Positions 1 through 9,858 of a DNA stretch of 60,832 nt are shown piece by piece. Both the position numbers and the translations under genes were made by a program. The notes beneath the pieces were generated by a model that saw nothing but the letters and a program-made list of their open reading frames with translations, was not told the DNA's origin and ran no database searches. This DNA is from Nitrospirota bacterium (lineage in GTDB: Bacteria; Nitrospirota; Thermodesulfovibrionia; Thermodesulfovibrionales; UBA9159). Where the stretch lies: assembly GCA_023382175.1 (NCBI GenBank), contig JAMCQB010000142.1:1-60832 (forward strand), written 5' to 3'. The stretch's first letter is position 1, and every line of letters starts with the position of its first letter.

Positions 1-552
1 GTGGGAATTTTTGCCGGTCCTTGAGTTGAGGACATTCAGCGAAAAGAGCATCACCGCAGCAACGCATCCCCAGATCAGATAGAAATACCCGCTCGTCGAT
101 GTCAGCGTATGCCCGAAGATGCTGAAATGAGGGATATCGCCGAATCCCGAGGGGCCCCCAAGCCCCCACTCATTAAGGATGACATTAATGATCTCTCCGA
201 AACCGAGGGTCGCCACAGCCAGGTAATGGCCCTTCAGCCTGAGCGCAGGCACCGCCAGTATCACGGCTGCCAGGGAAGCCACCGCCATTGCAAGGATAAG
301 ACTTGCGATGACCGGCACGCCGAATTTCAGACTCAGGATGGCAGAGACATATGCTCCGATGCCGTAAAAACCTGCCTGTCCCAGAGAGACCTGGCCCGCG
401 TACCCCATGAGTATGCACAATCCGATGGCAACCAGCGCATTGATCCCGGCAAAAATTCCCACAGTCAATACATAGGTCCCCCCCGAAAGAACGGGCAGTG
501 CGATGATGAGGAGGATAAGACCTAGGAATGCAAAAGCGTTCCCTCTGGTCAT
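1..552 (-). CDS. livM: Branched-chain amino acid ABC transporter permease (LivM-type), N-terminal part; runs off the left edge
   Basis: Absent from the ORF track because it is open to the window edge. The reverse-strand ATG at 552-550 lies 2 nt after the livH stop. It translates MTRGNAFAFLGLILLIIALPVLSGGTYVLTVGIFAGINALVAIGLCILMGYAGQVSLGQAGFYGIGAYVSA..., a hydrophobic LivM-type permease pattern. Confidence 0.75.
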   Translation of the reverse strand, partial: MTRGNAFAFLGLILLIIALPVLSGGTYVLTVGIFAGINALVAIGLCILMGYAGQVSLGQAGFYGIGAYVSAILSLKFGVPVIASLILAMAVASLAAVILAVPALRLKGHYLAVATLGFGEIINVILNEWGLGGPSGFGDIPHFSIFGHTLTSTSGYFYLIWGCVAAVMLFSLNVLNSRTGKNSH

Positions 553-554
553 AA

Positions 555-1463
555 CTAAAACTTTCTCAGCCGGGCCATGGTAGCGCTTCCAAATATTCCG
601 GCCGGCTTGAAGAAGAGTATGGCTAACATGATCACCAGGGCCACTGCATCCTTCAGCCCCGAATGAATGTATCCCGCGGTCATTGATTCAAGGATGCCAA
701 GGACAAAGCCGCCAATGACAGCGCCCCTGCCCCTGCCCAGCCCCCCCATGATCGCAACACAAAAACCTTTCACTGCAAGCATTGGGCCTTTATCGTATTC
801 CATGAGGGAAATAGGGGTGATGGCGATCCCGCCTATGGCCCCTACCATGGCGCTCAATATAAAGGAGATCATGACGATTTGCGATACATTTATTCCGACC
901 AGTTTTGCCGCCGTGGTATCCACAGCGCAGGCACGCATGGCCTTTCCGATGATCGTTTTGTTAAAGAAAAAAAAGAGGAGCACAATGCAGACCCCGGTAA
1001 TGCCGATGACCCAGAGGGTCTGCTGCTGGATAATCGCTCCCGCGATGGTGATCGGCTCCCCCGCGGTAAACGGCGGATAGCTATAGGAATCCTTGCCGAA
1101 CTTGAACATCAGAATGCCCCTCATCAGGATCGAGACTGCAATGGTGACCATGATCATAAGAAGCAGATCAGTCTTTTTCAGGGGCTTTATGGTAAGCCTT
1201 TCCATCAGCAGCCCAACAAGGCCTGCAGAGAGTACTGTAAGCACAGCGGAAAGGATAAAAGGCAGCTTTGCTGACTCGGTAAAGAACCACATCATAAGAC
1301 CGCCGATAACAACGAACTCTCCCTGAGCAAGATTAATAATGGATGTTGAATTGTAGATGATATTGAAGCCCATGCCCACAAGGGCGTAGACTGCGCCTGT
1401 GGTGAGCCCGGAGAAAAGAAACTGTAAGAAAACCGTGATCAATGTTTTACCTATCTCCTCCAA
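555..1463 (-). CDS. livH: Branched-chain amino acid ABC transporter permease (LivH-type)
   Basis: 302 aa polytopic membrane protein (LFSGLTTGAVYALVGMGFNIIYNSTSIINLAQGEF...), typical of the LivH family. It lies between the LivK-like binding protein and livM. Confidence 0.9.
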   Translation of the reverse strand: MEEIGKTLITVFLQFLFSGLTTGAVYALVGMGFNIIYNSTSIINLAQGEFVVIGGLMMWFFTESAKLPFILSAVLTVLSAGLVGLLMERLTIKPLKKTDLLLMIMVTIAVSILMRGILMFKFGKDSYSYPPFTAGEPITIAGAIIQQQTLWVIGITGVCIVLLFFFFNKTIIGKAMRACAVDTTAAKLVGINVSQIVMISFILSAMVGAIGGIAITPISLMEYDKGPMLAVKGFCVAIMGGLGRGRGAVIGGFVLGILESMTAGYIHSGLKDAVALVIMLAILFFKPAGIFGSATMARLRKF

Positions 1464-1506
1464 GATTCAACACATACTAATAAGTTCGCAAGTAAGAACA
1501 CATACT

Positions 1507-1570
1507 TGTCATTCCCGCGAAAGCGGGAATCCAGAAAAACACTGGATTCCGGGTCAAGCCCGGAATGACA
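1507..1570. repeat. MITE-like palindromic element, family A (GTCATTCC ... GGAATGAC termini)
   Basis: tgtcattcccgcgaaagcgggaatccag...ctggattccgggtcaagcccggaatgaca has terminal inverted repeats and two internal hairpins. A related copy is at 43460..43551. Confidence 0.7.
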
Positions 1571-1696
1571 GACTCGCAATCCCATGTCGCCATACTAATG
1601 ACCTTCTTAGTAAGTCAGCAACAGGATTCAGGAAAAGGGGCTAAAGTTTGCCTTTAGCCCCTCTGCGTGCATATCTTCCGATTTTCCGAACGGCTG

Positions 1697-2857
1697 CTAC
1701 TTCAGAAGTTCCCAGTCGCCGTTCTTTACCACAACCATCTCAAAGGCACTCATATCGAGACCGCAGTGGTCCTTTGACGACATATTAAAAATACCACCTG
1801 TCCCCGGCCAGTTTTTAATTTTCATCTCGATATAATCTCTCACCTTCTTTTTGTCAGGTCCTTCCTTCTTAAGGGCTTCCACCACCATCATAATCGCATC
1901 ATAGGCATGCCCGCCAAAAGTGCCGGGATCGCCCTTGAACCTTGCCTCATAATCCTGTGTGTACTTCTTCAGGAGTGCCTTCTGGAGGTGCTTATCAGGA
2001 AGTTTATCCCATACAACCAATCTTCCGAGAGGTGCGATAACTCCCTCAGCAGCCTTACCTGCTAATTCAATGTTCTTCTTGCTCCCCCACCCATGACTCT
2101 GATATAAGGGGATTCCCATTTTGAGGTCGTGCCAGTTTTTCGTTACCACTACCTGCCCCGGCCCCACCGACCAGTTAATAACCGCTTGAGCGCCTGATGC
2201 CTTAATCTTTGTAAGCTGGGTCGTCATATCAGAATCCTTTGGTCCATACTTTTCATCAGCAACAATGGTTATACCAAATTTAGGAGCCAACTCATGGAGG
2301 GCTTTTTTCCCTGCATCCCCGAAGCCGGTGGATATGGTAATGATCCCAACCTTGGCGATGCCGTGTTTCTTCATATAGGTATAGATCGCTTCGACTGCGC
2401 TGGTGTCATACTGAGGGGTTTTGAAAATCCAGTATCTTTCCTCAACTGGATTGGTTATGCCTGCGCCTGCTGCACATGAGATAAGAGGTGTCTTGGCATT
2501 GTTCATAATTGGTACAAGGGCCATCGATTCACCAGTGGTAGAGGGCCCTAAAATTGCCAGCACATTATCTCTTTCCAGAAGCTTCTTTGCAGAAAGAACA
2601 GCCTGTGTTTCGTCGCTCTTTGTGTCCTCAATAATAATCTCCAGGGGATGTCCGTTTATCCCTCCCGCTTTATTAATCTGATCCTGGAGCATTATCGCGG
2701 TATTTTTTTCAGGTTCTCCCAAGAAGGATGCAGCCCCCGTTACTGCAAAGAGTGCCCCGATCTTGTAAGGTTCTTTTGCGTATGTATTTGCCGATAGGCA
2801 AAAGAAAGACATTAAAACCAGAAATACTGAGAGGATATTTTTTTCCCCTTTCTTCAT
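1697..2857 (-). CDS. ABC transporter substrate-binding protein, branched-chain amino acid (LivK/type I periplasmic binding) family
   Basis: 386 aa with an N-terminal signal peptide (MKKGEKNILSVFLVLMSFFCLSANTYA). It has the KIGALFAVTGAASFLGEPE motif typical of Leu/Ile/Val-binding proteins and sits next to the liv permeases. Confidence 0.9.
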   Translation of the reverse strand: MKKGEKNILSVFLVLMSFFCLSANTYAKEPYKIGALFAVTGAASFLGEPEKNTAIMLQDQINKAGGINGHPLEIIIEDTKSDETQAVLSAKKLLERDNVLAILGPSTTGESMALVPIMNNAKTPLISCAAGAGITNPVEERYWIFKTPQYDTSAVEAIYTYMKKHGIAKVGIITISTGFGDAGKKALHELAPKFGITIVADEKYGPKDSDMTTQLTKIKASGAQAVINWSVGPGQVVVTKNWHDLKMGIPLYQSHGWGSKKNIELAGKAAEGVIAPLGRLVVWDKLPDKHLQKALLKKYTQDYEARFKGDPGTFGGHAYDAIMMVVEALKKEGPDKKKVRDYIEMKIKNWPGTGGIFNMSSKDHCGLDMSAFEMVVVKNGDWELLK

Positions 2858-2908
2858 AGCCTCCTCCTTATTTGTTTATATTTTCCATGGAATACATGGG
2901 TACACAAA

Positions 2909-3340
2909 TCAGAGTGCATGGACCTCTTCCCCTTTCAGCATCCTGACGCCGGCCTTCTGCAGCACAGTGATAGCCCTTTCGATGTCGTCAAACCGGAAAA
3001 TGATTATGGCATTTTCTCCGCTTTTCTGGACAAAGGCATACATGTACTCAACATTGATCCCTTCGCCCTTCAATGCATTCAGCATCCCGGCAAGCCCTCC
3101 CGGCCTGTCAGGCACCGCGATGGCGACCACTTCGGTTTTCCCCACCGTGAATGCGTTCTCTTTCAGAACCGCTTTTGCCTTTTCCGTATCATTCACGATG
3201 AGTCTCAGTATCCCGAAGTCAGCGGTATCGGCCAGAGAAAGAGCCCTTATGTTGATCCCCGCCTTCGCCAGGACCTCCGTCACCTCAGCGAGCCTTCCGG
3301 ACTTGTTCTCAAGAAATATGGATATCTGCTCAACCTTCAT
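2909..3340 (-). CDS. ACT domain-containing protein (tandem ACT)
   Basis: 143 aa. [30 protein letters not shown] and a second ACT-like half. This type of small protein is commonly linked to paaK/iorAB. Confidence 0.8.
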   Translation of the reverse strand: MKVEQISIFLENKSGRLAEVTEVLAKAGINIRALSLADTADFGILRLIVNDTEKAKAVLKENAFTVGKTEVVAIAVPDRPGGLAGMLNALKGEGINVEYMYAFVQKSGENAIIIFRFDDIERAITVLQKAGVRMLKGEEVHAL

Positions 3341-3359
3341 GAATACCTCCTTCTAAATT

Positions 3360-3479
3360 TTGCCACAGAGTTCACAGAGAACACAGAGAAATAAAAAAAC
3401 CGGACTTTTTATAATCCAGAACGATACATAAAAATCTTTCTGAAATCTCTCCCGGTGACCTCTGTGTCCTCTGTGGCAA
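3360..3479. repeat. MITE-like palindromic element, family D (GCCACAGAG..CACAGAGAA / inverted copy)
   Basis: ttgccacagagttcacagagaacacagagaaa ... ggtgacctctgtgtcctctgtggcaa forms inverted arms about 60 nt apart. A related copy is at 29797..29878. Confidence 0.7.
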
Positions 3480-3491
3480 GAATGTCTCTCT

Positions 3492-4793
3492 TTATATCTT
3501 TCTCTTGTCGATAACGCGCTTTGCCTTTCCTTCGCTTCTTTCGATGGTCTTGGGCTCCACCAGCTTCACCCTCGCGCCGATGCCGAGGATGGAACTGATC
3601 TCCCTTTTTATCTTATCCTCAAGCATTTGCATCTTCTTGACCTCGTCGGAGAAGATCTTCTCTTCCACCTCCACGAGGATCTCCAGCTCGTCCAGTTCCC
3701 CTGCCTTCCTGTCAACAATGAGCTGATAGTGAGGCTGCGTCCCTTCGATGCTCAGGAGCACATGCTCTATCTGGGAAGGGAAGACATTAATCCCCCTCAC
3801 CACGATCATGTCATCGGTCCTTCCCTTGATCTTGCTGATCCTTGGGGTAGTTCTCCCGCAGCGGCACTTCTCATAGATGATGCTCACATTGTCCCTTGTC
3901 CGGTACCGTATGAGGGGGATCCCCTTCTTGGTGAGGGTAGTGATCACGAGTTCTCCAACCTCCCCTTCACCCAGGGCCCTCCCGGTTTCAGGGTGGATTA
4001 CCTCAGGGTAGAACACGTCCCACCATATATGCAGGCCCGCTTTGTGGCGGCATTCCTGGGCCACACCCGGGCCGATTATTTCGGAAAGCCCGTAGACATC
4101 CGTTGCGAGCATGTTCCATGTCGCCTCGATCTCCTTCCTCATGGACTCGCTCCAGGGCTCGGCGCCGAAGATCCCGATCTCCCAGCTGCTGTCCCGGGGA
4201 TCGAGCCCCATCTCCCTGGCTTCGTCAGCCATATAGAGGGCATAGCTCGGGGTGCAGGCCAGGATCCTCGGTTTAAAATCCGTCATGAGTTTCAGCTGCC
4301 GTTTTGTCTGGCCGGAAGATGCAGGGATGATGGTCAACCCCATCTCCAGGGAACCGTAATGGAACCCCAGACCACCGGTAAAAAGTCCGTAGCCATACCC
4401 GATCTGGATCTTGTCCCCGGGCTCAGCGCCTGCACAGCAGATGGCCCTCGCCATCGCCTCGGACCAGAGTTTTATATCTTCCTTTGTGTAGCCCACCACC
4501 GTAGGATTTCCCGTAGTGCCGCTGGAAACATGGATTTCCTTGATCTTGTGTATGGGCGTGGAGAAGAGGCCAAAGGGATAACTGTCCCTCATATCATCCT
4601 TGATGGTGAACGGCAGTTTCTGGATATCCTCTATGCCCTTGATGTCTCCGGGTCTCACGCCCAGGGTGTCGAACTTGGTTTTGTATGGGGGGCAGTTCTT
4701 ATACACATAGGAAACGATCTTACGCAATCTCTCTGACTGGACTTCCTTCATCTCCCCGGCGTCCATACACTCCATCTTCTCATTCCATATCAT
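3492..4793 (-). CDS. paaK: Phenylacetate-CoA ligase (adenylate-forming enzyme)
   Basis: 433 aa. AMP-binding core SSGTTGNPTVVGYT and overall PaaK-like layout, adjacent to iorAB. Confidence 0.85.
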   Translation of the reverse strand: MIWNEKMECMDAGEMKEVQSERLRKIVSYVYKNCPPYKTKFDTLGVRPGDIKGIEDIQKLPFTIKDDMRDSYPFGLFSTPIHKIKEIHVSSGTTGNPTVVGYTKEDIKLWSEAMARAICCAGAEPGDKIQIGYGYGLFTGGLGFHYGSLEMGLTIIPASSGQTKRQLKLMTDFKPRILACTPSYALYMADEAREMGLDPRDSSWEIGIFGAEPWSESMRKEIEATWNMLATDVYGLSEIIGPGVAQECRHKAGLHIWWDVFYPEVIHPETGRALGEGEVGELVITTLTKKGIPLIRYRTRDNVSIIYEKCRCGRTTPRISKIKGRTDDMIVVRGINVFPSQIEHVLLSIEGTQPHYQLIVDRKAGELDELEILVEVEEKIFSDEVKKMQMLEDKIKREISSILGIGARVKLVEPKTIERSEGKAKRVIDKRKI

Positions 4794-4811
4794 GACTGCA
4801 ACCTTGCCTCC

Positions 4812-5432
4812 TCAATTGGATCGCAACTGTTTTGTTTTCTTTTTCTGAAGTGCACTTACTGTCTCTCTTCCTTTGATAAACGCCTCTGTATTGACCTTGC
4901 GGATTTTTTCAGGGATCCGTCCAGTGATCACCTGCAGGAATACCTTCTCATCCAAAGACAGGAACGCCGAGAGCGCGCCGACAAGTATCATGTTCACTGC
5001 CCTGGTCTCGCCCATAGACTTCGCGGTCTCAAAGGCATCGACAGGAAAGACTGCAAGCCCCCGCTGTCTGAGCCGGTCAAGTATGTCTTGCGGGTATGTG
5101 TCGATGCCCGTTGCAACAGGCGCGGGCAGGATCTTCTGCGTGTTCACAATTACCCTGGTCTTTTTGTTCATATAAGGGAGATACCGCAAAGCTTCGAGCA
5201 TCTCAAAGGATACGACGATGTCCGCACTCCCCGGCTCAATGAGCGGCGAGTATACCTTTTTGCCGAAACGGATGTGAGATATGACAGAACCTCCCCGCTG
5301 TGCCATGCCGTGGACCTCGCTCTGCTTTACGTCATAGCCGGCATTCATGAGCGCGGATGAAATGATCTCGCTGGCAAGGAGTATTCCCTGGCCGCCCACG
5401 CCGCAGAGAAGGATGTTCGCTGTCTTATCCAT
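4812..5432 (-). CDS. iorB: Indolepyruvate:ferredoxin oxidoreductase subunit beta
   Basis: 206 aa. N-terminus ILLCGVGGQGILLASEIIS, characteristic of the 2-oxoacid:ferredoxin oxidoreductase gamma/IorB fold. Overlaps iorA by 8 nt. Confidence 0.85.
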   Translation of the reverse strand: MDKTANILLCGVGGQGILLASEIISSALMNAGYDVKQSEVHGMAQRGGSVISHIRFGKKVYSPLIEPGSADIVVSFEMLEALRYLPYMNKKTRVIVNTQKILPAPVATGIDTYPQDILDRLRQRGLAVFPVDAFETAKSMGETRAVNMILVGALSAFLSLDEKVFLQVITGRIPEKIRKVNTEAFIKGRETVSALQKKKTKQLRSN

Positions 5433-7260
5433 TGTCCTCTCCTGCTACGATAATAGCCTTGAACTTGCAGAGGGGAGCGCATTGGCCACAGCCGTCGCAC
5501 AATGCTGCGTTTATCCTGGAATATCCCTTCTGGGTCTCCTTGTATCCAAGTTTTTTCGCTTCCTCCGGTGTGAGGGGCGCCCATTCTATTGCCGGACACC
5601 CGAGTTTGAGACATGTCCTGCAGCCCGTGCATTTCTCCGGTATAACGATATAGAGTTTCTTGTCCTTTCTCTTTTTCATTTCCGGCAGAAGAACACACGG
5701 CGCCTTCGTGATAATGACAGAAGGCTCGGAACGCTCAATCTCTTGTTTCACGATCTTCTGTGTCGCCTCGATATCATTCGGGTTTACGGTATATACGTGC
5801 CTAATGCCGATCGCCCTGCAGAGTGCCTCGATGTCTATTCCTGTGCCGGTATCACCGGTGATCGTTACGCCTGTTGAAGGGTTCGGCTGGTGTCCGGTCA
5901 TGCCGGTCGTCCTGTTGTCAAGAATGATGACTGTAGAGAAGCCCTTGTTGTATACGATATCGATGAGGCCGGTTATCCCTGAGTGGATAAACGTGGAGTC
6001 GCCTATGACAGCGACGATCTTGCCGAGGCTGTCCTTGCCCAGCGCCTTTTCCATGCCGAAGGCAGTGCCAATGCTCGCGCCCATGCATATGCATGAGTCC
6101 ATCGCAGAGAGCGGCTTGAGCGCTGCAAGGGTGTAACAACCAATATCGCCGGCTATGAAGACACCAAGCTTCGAAAGGCCGTAGAATATCCCCCTGTGGG
6201 GGCAGCCCGGGCAGAGGTTGGGCGGCCTGAGCGGGATCGGTACGAGCTCGAACTGCGGCTTTGTAGCTTCGCCTGTGATCGCCTTTCTGACAATATGGGA
6301 GTTCAGCTCACCCATGGAGGGGATGACATCCTTGCCCTTGCAGCGTATGCCCATCGCCTTTACATGAAGCTCAATAAAGGGATCGAGCTCCTCAACAATG
6401 TATAGTTCTTCAACCTTTGAAGCAAAGTCCCTGATCATCTTTTCAGGGAAGGGATAGACCATACCAAGCTTGAGCAGTGATGCCTCGGGAAAGGCCTCTT
6501 TTACATATAAATAGGAGACGCTGGAAGTAATAAACCCTTTCCCCCTGTCTCCCCATCCCATCCTGTTTTCAGGGAAGGTCTCTGCAAATTCCCTGAGCCT
6601 CGCCATTCTTTTTTCAAGCTCGACCCTGCGTTTCCGCGCATTGGAAGGCAGCATAACGAATTTTTCAGGCATCTTCTCGATGCCGGGCTTTACCGAAGAT
6701 GTCTCCACGGAGCCGGTAGTGACTATGCCTTTTACGTGTGCGACCCTTGTGGTTGTTCTGAGAAGGACCGGGGTATCAAACTCCTCGCTTATTCTGTACG
6801 CGATCTTAAGGAATTCCTTTGCCTCAGCAGCATCAGCTGGCTCGAGCATGGGAACTTTTGCCGCAAAGGCGTAATTTCTGTTGTCCTGCTCGTTCTGGGA
6901 ACTGTGCATCTCAGGGTCATCGGCAGTGACGATGACAAGCCCGCCCCGCACGCCGGTATAGGCTGCGGTGAAAAGTGGGTCAGCGGCAACGTTCAAGCCA
7001 ACATGCTTCATGGCTGCCAGCGACCTGACGCCGGCAAAAGATGCGCCAAGGGCAACCTCCAGGGCGACCTTTTCGTTCGGCGCCCATTCAGTGTATACGC
7101 CCTCATACGTGCAAAGATTCTCGAGGATCTCTGTAGAAGGCGTGCCGGGGTATGCAGAAGCGACCTTCACCCCGGCCTCGTACGCTCCACGGGCAATCGC
7201 CTCGTTACCCGACAGCAGCACTTTTTTTTCTACAGCAGCCCTTGCTTTCATTTTCCCCAT
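5425..7260 (-). CDS. iorA: Indolepyruvate:ferredoxin oxidoreductase subunit alpha
   Basis: 611 aa. TPP-binding GDSTFIHSG segment, plus two ferredoxin-type motifs at the C-terminus (CTGCRTCLKLGCPA and CDGCGQCAPLC). Confidence 0.9.
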   Translation of the reverse strand: MGKMKARAAVEKKVLLSGNEAIARGAYEAGVKVASAYPGTPSTEILENLCTYEGVYTEWAPNEKVALEVALGASFAGVRSLAAMKHVGLNVAADPLFTAAYTGVRGGLVIVTADDPEMHSSQNEQDNRNYAFAAKVPMLEPADAAEAKEFLKIAYRISEEFDTPVLLRTTTRVAHVKGIVTTGSVETSSVKPGIEKMPEKFVMLPSNARKRRVELEKRMARLREFAETFPENRMGWGDRGKGFITSSVSYLYVKEAFPEASLLKLGMVYPFPEKMIRDFASKVEELYIVEELDPFIELHVKAMGIRCKGKDVIPSMGELNSHIVRKAITGEATKPQFELVPIPLRPPNLCPGCPHRGIFYGLSKLGVFIAGDIGCYTLAALKPLSAMDSCICMGASIGTAFGMEKALGKDSLGKIVAVIGDSTFIHSGITGLIDIVYNKGFSTVIILDNRTTGMTGHQPNPSTGVTITGDTGTGIDIEALCRAIGIRHVYTVNPNDIEATQKIVKQEIERSEPSVIITKAPCVLLPEMKKRKDKKLYIVIPEKCTGCRTCLKLGCPAIEWAPLTPEEAKKLGYKETQKGYSRINAALCDGCGQCAPLCKFKAIIVAGEDNG

Positions 7261-7400
7261 AATAAATCAGCTTTTTAGGTTATCATACCATTGTGTTATT
7301 TTCAACACGCGGAAAACCTGTGGCCTTGTTTAAGGCGGTTGACCGGTATCTGTATTTCGGAAGCCTTTCCGTCTGCCTGATCAGGGGCAGTACTTCAGCC

Positions 7401-8198
7401 TCAAACAGAATTCAGAAGTCTGAGGGCATTCTCCCTTAAGATGAGTTTTTCCCTTGCCTGTCCAAGGTCAAGGCCTTTGAGCAGCGCCAGGGTCCTGCCC
7501 TGGTCAGTCCAGGGCGAATCCGTGCCGAAGAGCACATGGTCCTCAGGATGGTTCAGGATGATCTTCTTCGCAACCTCTTTTTCGAGGTATTCGAGGGAAA
7601 AGGATATCTCCATATAGATCCTCTTCCCTGCAATATGTTTCTCCACCTCATCCCAGTCGTCCCAGGCGCCGAGATGCGTTGTCACCAGCTTGATATCAGG
7701 AAACCGATCGAGAACCCTCATGATCCTTGCCGGGTCTGCCTTCCGGATCTTCTCAAAGGCAAAGTCAAAGCCGGTATGCATCACCATGATAAGGTTTTCC
7801 CTGCATATCCTTTCGTATACAGGAAAGAGTCGCTCGTCGTCGACGTTGAAGTCCTGGTAATAGGGGTGGAACTTTATTCCCTTGAACCCTTCTCCCTTGA
7901 TCTGCGACACCCTTTCCTCTGCGTCAGGGTCGTCAGGGTGGAGGGATGGAAGCGGTATGATCCTCTCCGTACCGATCTTCCGGGACCACTTGAGTATGGT
8001 ATCGAACTGGGAAGGTTTTGTGGCTATTGAGCAGACGAGGCTTTTCTCGATGCCGTTTTTGTCCATGGAACGGAGGAGCGAAGAGACTCTCCCATCAAGG
8101 CTTGCCTTGATGCCCCCTTCTTCCTCCAGCATCTTCATCGCCCTTTCTGCCAGCTCGTCAGGAAAAGCATGGGTATGGAAATCAATAATTCCTTGCAT
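7401..8198 (-). CDS. Amidohydrolase-family (TIM-barrel metal-dependent hydrolase) protein
   Basis: 265 aa. N-terminal IDFHTHAFP metal-binding signature, and later HTGF / TTHLG / FGTDSPW motifs typical of amidohydrolase_2 proteins. Confidence 0.7.
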   Translation of the reverse strand: MQGIIDFHTHAFPDELAERAMKMLEEEGGIKASLDGRVSSLLRSMDKNGIEKSLVCSIATKPSQFDTILKWSRKIGTERIIPLPSLHPDDPDAEERVSQIKGEGFKGIKFHPYYQDFNVDDERLFPVYERICRENLIMVMHTGFDFAFEKIRKADPARIMRVLDRFPDIKLVTTHLGAWDDWDEVEKHIAGKRIYMEISFSLEYLEKEVAKKIILNHPEDHVLFGTDSPWTDQGRTLALLKGLDLGQAREKLILRENALRLLNSV

Positions 8199-8357
8199 TT
8201 CAAGATATTATATGCAATTATCCGCTTTAATAGCAAAATCGTCTTTAAGAAGAATTTCGAAACAAAAATCTTGACATTATAGGTGGCATCTGCTTATTAT
8301 TTCACCACATAATGGGTAGGACTTTGCGTAAAATTGCGGAGTTTAATGACGGGTAAC

Positions 8358-8375
8358 CGCAAACTATAGTTTGCG
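8358..8375. promoter_or_regulatory. Perfect 18-bp palindrome CGCAAACTATAGTTTGCG in the leader of the porin gene (candidate operator or RNA hairpin)
   Basis: Read directly from the sequence. Two more TTGCG half-sites occur at about 8325-8340 (tttgcgtaaaattgcgg). A TTGACA box at about 8272 lies upstream. Confidence 0.3.
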
Positions 8376-8475
8376 CAACCTACCGCCTATGAATAGTCCT
8401 CATCGGCGGGCTGATCCCGAAGGCTTTCGGGACTGCGGCTACATAGAAATCATTATAGAAAGGGAGGTAGTAATC

Positions 8476-9819
8476 ATGAGAAAGCATTTAGTCAGGGTTC
8501 TTTTCTTGCTGGCATCAAGCCTTCTCTTTGTATCCTCTGTTTATGCGGAGATGAAACTGGACTATGGCGCCGCCTTCAGGCTGAGGCAGGAGATCTGGGA
8601 CAATCCGGTGACTCTCAATACGCTGAACCGTTCCACAAGCGGCGCTGACAGGAACTTCTTACGCCTCAGGACATCGCTCTGGGGAAAGGCTGACTTCAGC
8701 AACGATTTCGGCGCGTACCTCAAGCTGACCAATGAGGCGAAGTGGTACGGATTTGGTCCTTACAAACCCAATACTCCGCGCAACAACGACAACTTCGATG
8801 AGGACGAACTGGTTATCGACAACATGTATGTTGATGTGAAGAATCTCTTCGGCTCTGTTGATCTCAGGATCGGACGGCAGGACTTCCTCGGCGCCTATGG
8901 TGAAGGCTTCTTGATCATGGACGGCACACCAGGCGACGGTTCGAGAACATTTTACTTTAACGCCGCACGGGCGAACGTCAAGGTGAGCCCGAACTTCAAT
9001 TTCGACCTCACCTATATCGCCGACCCGAAAACCGACATCTATCTGCCGAACCTCCATACCGGCACAAAGAAGCAGCTCACCGGCTCCAACGAGCAGGCCT
9101 TTGTGTTTTACGGAAGGGCCAAGATGGCGAACCTCGCTGTGGAACCTTACTATATCTACAAGACCGAGAAAGCCCTCGGTGCAAACCCGAAGCTCAAGCT
9201 GAACACCATCGGCGCACGGGCGGTATATTCCATTGACGCATGGAAAGTGGGCGCTGAATATGCCCACCAGTTCGGTGAATACGACGGCGGAAGGGACAGG
9301 ACCGCCAACGGCGGCTATATCTTTGTGAGCAGGAAATATGATGCGGTCACATGGAAGCCCGAATTTGACCTGAGATACGTGTATCTCTCCGGCGATAATC
9401 CCGACACCGCCAAGAATGAGACGTGGGATCCCCTCTTCGCCAGGAATCCTTACTGGAATGAGCTCATCATCTACACCCTGATCACCGAGACAGCCAAGGA
9501 CGGAGGGCCGATACCGGGTTACTGGACCAACATGGAGATCCTCAAGGCAAGCGTGAAACTGAACTTCACTCCTGCAACCAACCTTGCACTGGCTTACCAG
9601 TACCTCTGGGCTCCGAAACATACAGCGGGTCTCCCCACCGCCATGTTCACCAACGACGGCAGGAACCGGGGCCATCTGCCCACAGCAATACTGAGCCACA
9701 AGTTCTCAAAGAACGTGGACGGAATGGTGCAGCTCGAGTACTTTATCCCAGGGAATTTCTACGCTGACGGCGCAGACAATGCCATCTTCTTCAGGTGGCA
9801 GCTCCAGGTGAGACTCTAA
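8476..9819 (+). CDS. Putative outer-membrane beta-barrel porin (alginate-export-like family)
   Basis: The ORF track starts at 8371. The ATG at 8476 has a GGGAGG RBS and gives a signal peptide (MRKHLVRVLFLLASSLLFVSSVYA). The rest has an alternating, aromatic-rich beta-strand pattern. The family assignment is from memory and tentative. Confidence 0.55.
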   Translation: MRKHLVRVLFLLASSLLFVSSVYAEMKLDYGAAFRLRQEIWDNPVTLNTLNRSTSGADRNFLRLRTSLWGKADFSNDFGAYLKLTNEAKWYGFGPYKPNTPRNNDNFDEDELVIDNMYVDVKNLFGSVDLRIGRQDFLGAYGEGFLIMDGTPGDGSRTFYFNAARANVKVSPNFNFDLTYIADPKTDIYLPNLHTGTKKQLTGSNEQAFVFYGRAKMANLAVEPYYIYKTEKALGANPKLKLNTIGARAVYSIDAWKVGAEYAHQFGEYDGGRDRTANGGYIFVSRKYDAVTWKPEFDLRYVYLSGDNPDTAKNETWDPLFARNPYWNELIIYTLITETAKDGGPIPGYWTNMEILKASVKLNFTPATNLALAYQYLWAPKHTAGLPTAMFTNDGRNRGHLPTAILSHKFSKNVDGMVQLEYFIPGNFYADGADNAIFFRWQLQVRL

Positions 9820-9858
9820 AATCTCATTCCTGAATTGCAATAAAGGAGTGGAGGGAGC

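Noticed and set aside
109-525. 138-aa plus-strand ORF at the left edge
   Set aside because: It lies antisense to a clear LivM-type permease reading frame. The protein is Arg/His/Asp-rich and low-complexity, which is typical of a shadow ORF.
1399-1644. 81-aa ORF spanning the family A repeat (CHSRESGNPEKHWIPGQARNDR)
   Set aside because: It is a translation of a palindromic repeat element. The same peptide-like strings recur wherever the repeat occurs, and there is no RBS.
8659-9699. Long antisense ORFs inside real genes: 8659..9699 -, 3627..4736 +, 36418..37656 -, 49602..50645 -, 53715..54818 -, 14906..15640 -, 39579..40172 -
   Set aside because: Each is fully embedded opposite a gene with strong family motifs (porin, paaK, alaS, secA, mlaF/D, hydrogenase, ubiB). 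They have no RBS and skewed Arg/Pro/His/Gly composition, as expected for shadow frames in G+C-rich coding DNA.
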